From a virus (Duplodnaviria; Heunggongvirae; Uroviricota; Caudoviricetes): a stretch of 64,000 bases of DNA. The translations under genes and the position numbers were made by a program. The notes under the pieces were generated by a model that was not told the DNA's origin, did not search any database, and was given only the letters and a program-made list of their open reading frames with translations. Shown piece after piece: positions 56,386 to 64,000 of this stretch (position 1 is its first letter; the number at the start of each line of letters is the position of its first letter). The stretch lies in IMG/VR virus record IMGVR_UViG_3300029288_004479. The stretch is one strand, 5' to 3'.

Positions 56386-58144
56386 AGTTATATTAGTAAT
56401 CTCTAAGTAACTACTTATATACGTTTCCCCCCGTTTTTGGAAAGGTATGTTATCAGTGTCCGGTTTTCCGGTTTAGACCGGTCTTTCTAAGGAATAGTTA
56501 AAAGGTACAGTAATATAAGACATTCTAATAAGTTGTACGATGAAGTACAGTCTTTAAAAAATCGGTACTTCAATAACAACAAATCCTAAATAAGAACCTA
56601 TCCTTTAGTAAAGTAACAATATATTACGTAGTATTACTTTAATTAAGTAAATAGACTTCAATAAGAACTGTTCTTCCGGTATACTCCAAGTTTTGCCTAC
56701 ATTTTGACAGTAAGTTTGCTATGTATAATTAAAAGTATAAAAAACGGCAAAACGGAGAGATTTCAGATATATGGGAGTTGAAATCCGGGTTCAATAGATG
56801 GAAAATGGGGGTCTTTATGAGTTATTAGAAGATGAAATGGAAAAGAATTGAATGGTGAAAGGTGATACTATGTAAAAGTATATATCCTCAAACGAACTAC
56901 CTAATTAGTGTATGACAGAACTCAACCGACTTCCCAAACGGATCTTCCGTTCGGGGGTAAGTCAAGTTGAATCTTCTCGTCAACATGAAGAGCATGGTAA
57001 GACCGTTATTGATTGGTTCTCCTCCTCACCTACCGTCGATAAGCAGGTTAACCATGCCATTCATAAGACAACCGAGATGTTGACTGACATAAGGTTTACT
57101 GGCATTTTCCTTTCTCCAAATCAACATATAGGTTAAACGTCTGTCATACACTATATTTTTTTATTTAGACTTTAAACTCTACGACGGTGGAAGGCAATAG
57201 AAGCGTTCTATTGGCATTTCTCAGTCCAGATCGATATTTCATACCCTCGAATTAAATCTACAGGCGTTAGCAGATCATATCCGATATGTATATTATCCCC
57301 GTCATATTCTATATCTCTCGTCTGTAAGTACACAGATATCTAGGGCTGCTGTAAATTATTCAAATATACATATACAGAAATATAGAACAAACTAGTGTTT
57401 CATAGCGAGACTAAAATAATGTATATACAGAATTGTATATGTACTTAGTAAACTTTGGCTCCACAGTAAACATAACAAACCACTGTACCCTAACAAACAA
57501 TTATGCTGCCATACCAGATCCAATAATCAATTGTTCTAAAAGATATAGTAAACTAGCGAACCGTTGCAACTTGCAGATTGCTTAAGTACATTAAATATTT
57601 AGTGTGGTGCGGACTAACCTGTATTAAATTATACATATACAATTACATTGAGTAATATATACCATAGCGAACCCAAGCAGATCCTATATCTAATATAATA
57701 GAAAACTAGAAGCGCCCAGCACAGCACAGAACAACATTTGATGATCATTGCATAGATCCTTTTAAACAAGCAAACGCAGGGTCACACCAACACTTATCCG
57801 GAATACATTGAGATCATCTAACCGGAAGCGATAGCGTTCGTTTTAAGAGCATTAAGATCTTGTAACATAAGTATACTAAATAATATGTGGGCAGCAAAAT
57901 TGTACACTACCATAGATCAGATAAACAATATGATACCTGCCAGATTAAGAATTACCTAATTAAGTCCGGACTAATAAGATTGTGCTACCAAAGAACACCA
58001 TACAATGTAAACAGGAACAATATTATATACTTTGAAGGCGATGTTATTGTAGGCACTCGATAGCCTCAATTGTCTACAACCAATGGTTGTCAAAAGATGG
58101 ATCGATGATGCCAAGCAAAGTAAAAAAATATAGGAGATTGTAAA

Positions 58145-58762
58145 ATGAAACTTAAGTATGTTTTAGGAGCCTTTTTTGTTCTGCTTGCACTTGTTGCAGT
58201 AGCACCGGTCTCTGCGGTCTTCAACGACCAGACCATTGCAAATCAGAACTCAGGTGTCTTTAGTTACCAGATCATCCACGCAGGTCAGACTGGTGCGTTC
58301 AACGACCAACAGGCTCTTGACAAGAACAGTGGACTTTTCAATGAGCAGGTTATTGATGTAGCCCAGATGGGATTCAGCAACGACCAGAATGTTTACAATG
58401 ACAACACTGGACTCTTCAATGAGCAAGACCTTGATGCAAACCAGATGGGATCGTTCAACACCCAGCAGGTTGCAAACACCAACACCGGTCTCTTCAACGA
58501 GCAGGATGTAACAGTATTCCAGAACGGTGCATTCAATGAGCAGACCGCTGTTAACACCAACACTGGTGCATTCAACGAGCAGTCAATCTTTGCAACCCAG
58601 AACGGTGCATTCAACGATCAGGATGTCTACAACACCAACAACGGCGCATTCAGCGAGCAGAGTATTGTAGCAGTCCAGAACGGATTCAACAACGACCAGT
58701 ACGTTGCAAACACCAACACCGGTGCATTCAGCGAACAGGTTATTGATGCAAATCAGGGATAA
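58145..58762 (+). CDS. secreted tandem-repeat protein (~16 repeats of an 11-residue unit with consensus NTGAFNEQxV)
   Basis: Signal peptide; periodic FN(D/E)Q repeats. Confidence 0.5.
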   Translation: MKLKYVLGAFFVLLALVAVAPVSAVFNDQTIANQNSGVFSYQIIHAGQTGAFNDQQALDKNSGLFNEQVIDVAQMGFSNDQNVYNDNTGLFNEQDLDANQMGSFNTQQVANTNTGLFNEQDVTVFQNGAFNEQTAVNTNTGAFNEQSIFATQNGAFNDQDVYNTNNGAFSEQSIVAVQNGFNNDQYVANTNTGAFSEQVIDANQG

Positions 58763-58904
58763 GTAGATTTAATCTACTATCCTCCAGATCTTTTTTTTAG
58801 TAAGTCCTTAATCAGCAAATATATATCTTCATAAAACGAAGGTATAATCAGTGTAGGGAAAATCTTCGAAGACCCTGCATTACAAAAAAAGGAGATATCT
58901 CAAA

Positions 58905-59753
58905 ATGAAAAGTTTAACAGTACTGTTAGTAGGAATCCTCTTAGCTGGACTTCTTGTATTTCCGGCAGCGGCAACCAAATCCTCAGTTATTATTGGTGTG
59001 GGGGCAGATGGTGAATATATCTACCAAGATGTGGATGTAAATACATACTCCCAAGATGGGACAGCGGTTGCTATTGGTAGTGATATCACACAGAATCTTG
59101 AATTAAGTATTGGTGATAAAAACTCATACAATAATGATAATAGTGTTACCAACTACAATGTTAAGTCCAACCCAGTCCATTATAGTCTTGCACTTGAGAA
59201 CACAAACTCTCAGATCGTAAGTCTCTACATGGGTGAAGTGTATGTTGTTAAAAACGACATTGACACAATTGGTGTTGAACAGATCCAGAAAGAAGGAGAT
59301 GTTTACAGATACCATGTTAAGTCAAGTGCGCCGGTAATCTCGTATATTATTGATGCACGCGATGTTGATGGAGTTAAGACAATGAGCGGTGCACCGATCT
59401 ATGATCCGGTTTTGCAGAAGTTTGATCACAGCAACATCTTTGTGTACTTCCCGAACTCATTCTCAAAACAGATCTATAACCACCCAAGCAGACTTAACTG
59501 GTTTAACTTCACAGTTCCAGAAGATGGAAGGTATGCACTGGTTATTGATACCCGCGTTACCAACTCACTGAATGGAATCCAAACCGCAACGGTTGTTCCG
59601 GACACTATTGATATTGTCTATGCATTAGGCAAAGTAGAAGATGGTTACGGAACCCATGAGGAAAGCGACCAAGTTATTGGCACATCGGTGATGTACCGGC
59701 AACTCGATGATGGCGGCATGGACTCCACAAAAGAGATCGAAATCTCTCACTAA
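58905..59753 (+). CDS. secreted protein
   Basis: Signal peptide; AGGAG SD upstream. Confidence 0.45.
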   Translation: MKSLTVLLVGILLAGLLVFPAAATKSSVIIGVGADGEYIYQDVDVNTYSQDGTAVAIGSDITQNLELSIGDKNSYNNDNSVTNYNVKSNPVHYSLALENTNSQIVSLYMGEVYVVKNDIDTIGVEQIQKEGDVYRYHVKSSAPVISYIIDARDVDGVKTMSGAPIYDPVLQKFDHSNIFVYFPNSFSKQIYNHPSRLNWFNFTVPEDGRYALVIDTRVTNSLNGIQTATVVPDTIDIVYALGKVEDGYGTHEESDQVIGTSVMYRQLDDGGMDSTKEIEISH

Positions 59754-59969
59754 TCTTTTTTTTTAAAAATAAAAATTTCAGCGTGATTGTTTGGGTATAT
59801 GCATCACAGCATATCATCAACACAACAAAATATTTATCACTGTTGTTGACGATATGATCATGCAGATCCTTAATCCCCTTGTGTGTGAATGTGTGTTTGG
59901 AATTATCCTTACATCACTCGCTCTTGGTGTAATTGGATCAGAACTCATTGGTATAATGTAGGGAGACGA

Positions 59970-60278
59970 ATGACAGATCCGATCATTATAAATTCGACAA
60001 CGTTGTGGGTATCAGTATTAATATTATCCATATCGGGGATAATTGCCACACTACATTTTATAAATAAATTTTGGAGAATTGATCTACACGGATTCATAAA
60101 TCTCCAAGAGAAATATTGGGATATTACAAATTGGATTTTATGTGCGGTGTTGGTATTCGGGTTGTTTGGGATATTCTCAAGTTTGCTGTGGTTAGGAATT
60201 CTCGAATGGTGTGTTGATGGGATCTTCACATTATGGAACGCGGGCTCATCGAATTTACCCCAAGTAATTATTAAGTGA
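59970..60278 (+). CDS. membrane protein
   Basis: ATG start inside listed ORF; three TM helices. Confidence 0.4.
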   Translation: MTDPIIINSTTLWVSVLILSISGIIATLHFINKFWRIDLHGFINLQEKYWDITNWILCAVLVFGLFGIFSSLLWLGILEWCVDGIFTLWNAGSSNLPQVIIK

Positions 60279-60286
60279 GGTATAAA

Positions 60287-60565
60287 ATGATTGAACTTAC
60301 AATACCAATAACAGGGTTTATAAAATGTGTATTATTACCTGCACTTTTAATTTTAGTTAGTGGAATAATAATCTCACTCGCACTAATAAATTTCCCTATT
60401 ACTATTATAGAAAGAATAATATTGGTTATCTTTTGTGTAGTGTTTGTAGTAGGCATAAACTGTTTCGTTATATATATCATTTATCCGGAAGTATGGGTAA
60501 CGCTCACAAACATATGGGTAGCACACACAAGTTGGATTCCCGAATTTAGTATTAGAGTAACATGA
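60287..60565 (+). CDS. membrane protein
   Basis: Three TM helices. Confidence 0.4.
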   Translation: MIELTIPITGFIKCVLLPALLILVSGIIISLALINFPITIIERIILVIFCVVFVVGINCFVIYIIYPEVWVTLTNIWVAHTSWIPEFSIRVT

Positions 60566-61554
60566 TCCGAATCTGTATTATAGGTGACTCTAATTCGAAG
60601 TTTACGGAAATGGACGTTGCCGCATTACAAGGACACTTTGAAGTATTACCTGTATATGTAAAATCCTTAAAAAACCCTATTGAGATTAATGCCATAAGAA
60701 AAGCGATCAGCGATTCCGATATAATATTAATTCACGGTGCGGATCTTCACGCAGTTGTTGCAATGGAAATAGCGAACATATACCGGAAAAAAACCATTGT
60801 GGTTGTTGAAGGATACGAGATCATGAACGAAATTGAAGTGGGATACGGATTACAATACCAAGGGGGTGTCCGTGCCAAGTTAAGTAAATGGGTTTTGCGT
60901 AGTGCATATGCATTACTATCATACACGTTCTGTTATTGGAGCCGGTTAGATAAACTTACAAAACGACCGATTCATAAGATTGGTGGATATACAAACCCCT
61001 ATAAAAGCGATGGGCTGACAACGACCTTACTGAAAGATCCGACCGTTGTTCTGACAATTGGGGATGCAACACAAGACACGTATAGAAACACCGGTATCCC
61101 ATTGTATAATATGTTATCAGTCCAGAACCCGAGTTTAAAATTTTATGTAATTGGTAAAAAAGATCCCGTTATAGAAGCAATGTATGGTGACGTGAAATAT
61201 CTGGGGGAACTCACACACGATGCAATAATAGATTGGTTAGCGCAAGCATCAGTTTACTGCCAATTCTCAGCCGCGAGTAATTTTGATCTAAATGTGATCA
61301 TGGCGATTCAAAACGAATGCATACCGGTATATTCAGCATGTGATGGATCAGACGAACTTATTGGTGCGTGCGGGTATCGATGCAACCATAATGACGCATA
61401 TGATGCAAACAGACAACTGATTTATGCGATTGTGAATGATAATAAAGAAGAGAGAAAACGGATAGCGACACGATATCGTAACGGATATTCAATAAACGTG
61501 CATGGGGAAAAACTTAAAGAAGTGATTATGTCAATATATAACCAACAAACATAG
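60562..61554 (+). CDS. GT-B fold glycosyltransferase (GT4-like)
   Basis: C-terminal block NVIMAIQNECIPVYSACDGSDELI resembles the E..G..EAMA.G.PVV motif. Confidence 0.45.
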   Translation: MIRICIIGDSNSKFTEMDVAALQGHFEVLPVYVKSLKNPIEINAIRKAISDSDIILIHGADLHAVVAMEIANIYRKKTIVVVEGYEIMNEIEVGYGLQYQGGVRAKLSKWVLRSAYALLSYTFCYWSRLDKLTKRPIHKIGGYTNPYKSDGLTTTLLKDPTVVLTIGDATQDTYRNTGIPLYNMLSVQNPSLKFYVIGKKDPVIEAMYGDVKYLGELTHDAIIDWLAQASVYCQFSAASNFDLNVIMAIQNECIPVYSACDGSDELIGACGYRCNHNDAYDANRQLIYAIVNDNKEERKRIATRYRNGYSINVHGEKLKEVIMSIYNQQT

Positions 61555-61562
61555 GTGATTTT

Positions 61563-61823
61563 TTGCTTGACCGTTTCTCATCAACAAAAAAACAGACTAC
61601 ATATAATGGAGACGAGGAATGTCTGTACCTTGTCAGACACGTTAATGGGAAAACAGTGAATATGTGTGGATGGTATAAATGCTGTGAACGGATCAACGAT
61701 CTAAATTGTAAATGCCCGGCAATTGATAATGCACGCAAATATGAAGTAGCCTTACAGGATGCAATGGAACGCCGGGTTACAAAAACAACTACGATAAAAA
61801 AAGAAGAACCGGAGAAGAAATGA
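61563..61823 (+). CDS. hypothetical Cys-rich protein
   Basis: 86 aa ORF. Confidence 0.4.
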   Translation: MLDRFSSTKKQTTYNGDEECLYLVRHVNGKTVNMCGWYKCCERINDLNCKCPAIDNARKYEVALQDAMERRVTKTTTIKKEEPEKK

Positions 61824-62045
61824 GATGTTAAATTTGGAATTTGCAATAACAATACCACTAATTATAACATCACTATGGCTATTTACGTGGAATTGGGATC
61901 TTATTACACAATTTGATTTGGACTTTATAATGAAATACTGTATGTTTATATCGATTACGTACAGTCTCCAGTATTGCATGATATGGATGTTTGATGCCAC
62001 ATGGGTTCCTAGTCACTACGATGATTGGTAACGGGGGTAGATTAT

Positions 62046-62705
62046 ATGGTAAGTTACGAGAAATTTGCATGTTTGGTTCTGATTGCAATTGGTATTTGTT
62101 TAGCGGTGATGTATATTGAAAAAGATACCATTGAGAATTTTACATTTGAGAAGAAACAAGACCCACAACACGTAGAACCTGTTGCCACAAACGATTCATC
62201 AACCACACAAACGATCATCATGATAGATCCCTCTGGTTATAGTAACAATACAACAAATTGGTATTCAACAGATAATGGATATACATGGGCAAACGTCAGC
62301 ACGTATCGATATGAAAATGTATATTACAATAGTACAGAAGTTCCGGGATTTGAGAACAACATCACACTTGTCCCGGTAAATATTGGGGGTTACGAATATT
62401 ATGGTGGGGGGACTGGAGCCTCATATAGAAACTGGGTGGTAATCAACTACACAGATCCAAACTATTTAGTTGTGGGTGGTGGAGGTGGCGGCGCAGGATC
62501 ATACGTGATCAGGGAACCCGTGGTAGTTACAAATTATAACCAAACCAATAGTGACCAACCAACACATTGGAATTGGACATTCAGTAATTGGTCGGACAAT
62601 GATAGTACCACACAACAAACCTCCACAAATTTCACAACATCATACTCATGTCAACAAATCATAGTAAACGGCGTTGTAACAAAGGATACGTGCAGTGGAA
62701 CGTAA
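62046..62705 (+). CDS. membrane-anchored Asn/Thr-rich protein
   Basis: TM segment; N/T/Y-rich ectodomain; GGGGGAG tract. Confidence 0.45.
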   Translation: MVSYEKFACLVLIAIGICLAVMYIEKDTIENFTFEKKQDPQHVEPVATNDSSTTQTIIMIDPSGYSNNTTNWYSTDNGYTWANVSTYRYENVYYNSTEVPGFENNITLVPVNIGGYEYYGGGTGASYRNWVVINYTDPNYLVVGGGGGGAGSYVIREPVVVTNYNQTNSDQPTHWNWTFSNWSDNDSTTQQTSTNFTTSYSCQQIIVNGVVTKDTCSGT

Positions 62706-62906
62706 ATGGAAACTGAAAATAGTGCTTTCATTTTATCAATAATAACAACACTGATATTTATAGGGGTAGAGATTTACAGTGGGGGGTTCACGCGCTCATT
62801 AATCGAATTGATTCCAACCTATATTTTATTCCTGCATTTGTTTTTTATTGTGTGGATGTGCATGATATTATTATATACAGAAATTCAATTCACAGATATG
62901 AGGTAA
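62706..62906 (+). CDS. small membrane protein
   Basis: Two TM segments. Confidence 0.35.
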   Translation: METENSAFILSIITTLIFIGVEIYSGGFTRSLIELIPTYILFLHLFFIVWMCMILLYTEIQFTDMR

Positions 62907-62913
62907 TAATGAT

Positions 62914-63120
62914 ATGAAAAACTTCGAAACCTTTGTTTTTTTAATGGCCGTTGTGACAGGGTTGATCCTTCTAATAATTAATTATGATAAAAATACATCA
63001 GTAGTGGATATATTACCAGATTTCTGCCATACTGTTTCATGTTTGTTTTGCGCTCCGTTTCTTTCAATTTATATATCAATAAAAATATACAATATATTTA
63101 ATCGGGATAGTGAGTCGTAG
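62914..63120 (+). CDS. small membrane protein
   Basis: Two TM segments. Confidence 0.35.
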   Translation: MKNFETFVFLMAVVTGLILLIINYDKNTSVVDILPDFCHTVSCLFCAPFLSIYISIKIYNIFNRDSES

Positions 63121-63314
63121 TGACTCAATTTGGGGTTTTTGCAGTATACGGGTACATAATCAGTATACTTACTATGTCAATTTTCTGTCTTACTCATTTC
63201 GTACCGTGTTATAATATATTTGAGTATATTAACCTCATGTCACAACTTGCCATAGCAGATGGTATTTTAATTATTATAGGGTACTATATGGATCAGGTAG
63301 GCATAAATGGGTGA
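63120..63314 (+). CDS. small membrane protein
   Basis: Two TM segments. Confidence 0.35.
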   Translation: MTQFGVFAVYGYIISILTMSIFCLTHFVPCYNIFEYINLMSQLAIADGILIIIGYYMDQVGING

Positions 63315-63534
63315 TGATCCGATATGGGTGTTTATTTTAGTGTGCGCCTTTACATTGAATGGGATGGCACTATCAATATTAATTCAAGAGTTCCCACACA
63401 CTCTTTATGAGCAGATTACATTATTTACGGCAACAGTGTCTATTATATATGGTATTGCGCTCCGTTTCTTTTAATATTTACAATAGTCAAAATTTGAGAG
63501 GGTCTATGAAATTTGTGATTTTAACATGTACGAG

Positions 63535-64000
63535 CAGAATTCCCCCTCTTTCAAGGAGGGGATGAATGCGATATAAGATTCCCGGAACTAACAGAAAGAA
63601 TATAAAGAGAACAACGAACTGAGTATAAGAATGCAGCTCACGAGAAAGGTCAGAATATACCCGAGTAAAGAGCAGATAAACACCCTGTGGGTACTTTCAG
63701 ATCGGTGCAGGTTGATATATAACTTTGCGTTAGCAGAGCGGCAGGAAAGATGGGAACGAGAGCAGAAATCGGTATCGTATGTTGATCAACAGAACAAGTT
63801 ACCGGAGATAAAGGAAGAGTATCCAGAGTATAAACAAGTCCATTCAAAAGTCTTGCAGATGACCTTAAAGACGCTGGATGCGAACTACAAATCGTTTTTC
63901 GCTCTGACGAAGGTAGATCCGGAAGCGCGTCCGCCGGGATTCCGGGGGAGGAAATATTTCTTCACGATGAAATATAACCAGAGTGGGTTCAAGGTAACCA
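63535..64000 (+). mobile_element. left end of a further IS200/IS605-family tnpB element, truncated by the window end
   Basis: LE hairpin CCCCCTCTTTCAAGGAGGGG followed by GATGAAT, matching the element A LE hairpin; followed by the tnpB N-terminus. Confidence 0.7.
63631..64000 (+). CDS. tnpB: TnpB N-terminal portion (partial, continues beyond window)
   Basis: MQLTRKVRIYPSKEQINTLW... typical OrfB_IS605 N-terminus; no stop before the window end. Confidence 0.75.
   Translation, partial: MQLTRKVRIYPSKEQINTLWVLSDRCRLIYNFALAERQERWEREQKSVSYVDQQNKLPEIKEEYPEYKQVHSKVLQMTLKTLDANYKSFFALTKVDPEARPPGFRGRKYFFTMKYNQSGFKVT

Noticed and set aside
1-64000. Genome-wide UGA reassignment (code 4/25-like)
   Set aside because: TGA terminates many well-delimited genes here, including tnpA (with an ATGA overlap into tnpB), 5762-6790, 6807-7049, 8656-9228 and tnpB at 10310-11746. 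So UGA is a normal stop and the two in-frame TGAs are local events.
1-64000. CRISPR arrays and rRNA genes
   Set aside because: No regularly spaced direct repeats and no rRNA-like conserved stretches were seen. The only tandem repeats are the 10-bp and 32-bp duplications and the 59-nt gene-head duplication.

Overview
This 64 kb window is a low-GC (~38-40%) archaeal segment with the architecture of a large virus or integrated mobile island inside a euryarchaeon (methanogen-like), rather than a core chromosome. The archaeal assignment rests on several direct observations: tRNA introns with canonical bulge-helix-bulge splice motifs, GGAGG-type Shine-Dalgarno sites 6-10 nt upstream of most starts, an archaeal release factor aRF1, and the C-terminal domain of an archaeal oligosaccharyltransferase AglB/STT3 (WWDYG motif) truncated by the window start. 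Nearly all genes lie on the + strand, tightly packed and often with ATGA/TAATG stop-start overlaps. Most encode small membrane, zinc-ribbon or Cys-rich proteins with no recognisable function.

Recognisable content:
- 15 tRNA genes, 9 of them inside 1.2 kb; three have canonical-position introns.
- An aRF1 gene that lacks any canonical start codon and is in frame, through a single TGA, with an upstream 44-codon ORF.
- A nucleotide-salvage block: pyruvate-kinase-like barrel protein, uridine-kinase-like P-loop kinase, adenylosuccinate synthetase PurA.
- An HNH endonuclease fused to an Rnl2-type ATP-dependent RNA ligase, a metallophosphoesterase, a MazG-like pyrophosphohydrolase, an HhH-GPD glycosylase-like protein and an orphan SPPY-type DNA methyltransferase.
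- Two SprT/HExxH metalloproteases, a transglutaminase-like cysteine protease, an SPFH/band-7 protein, a J-domain-pseudokinase fusion next to a vWA protein, a GT-B glycosyltransferase, and a B12-binding radical-SAM gene broken by a 10-bp tandem duplication.
- Four IS200/IS605-family elements: one tnpA+tnpB, one tnpB-only, a ~330-bp tnpB-less miniature derivative that keeps both ends (the omega-RNA scaffold region), and one partial element at the window edge.

Observations worth a second look:
- Four tRNAs carry C instead of the near-invariant U at position 33.
- There are two separate in-frame TGA codons in otherwise intact genes (aRF1 and one of three tandem paralogs, where the TGA aligns with Trp/TGG).
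- A 1.7 kb AT-rich ORF-free region sits at a strand-switch point.
- Several GC-rich, hairpin-dense noncoding stretches exist that ORF finders mistranslate.

No CRISPR array or rRNA gene is present. All functional calls are from motif reading by eye; none was checked against a database.
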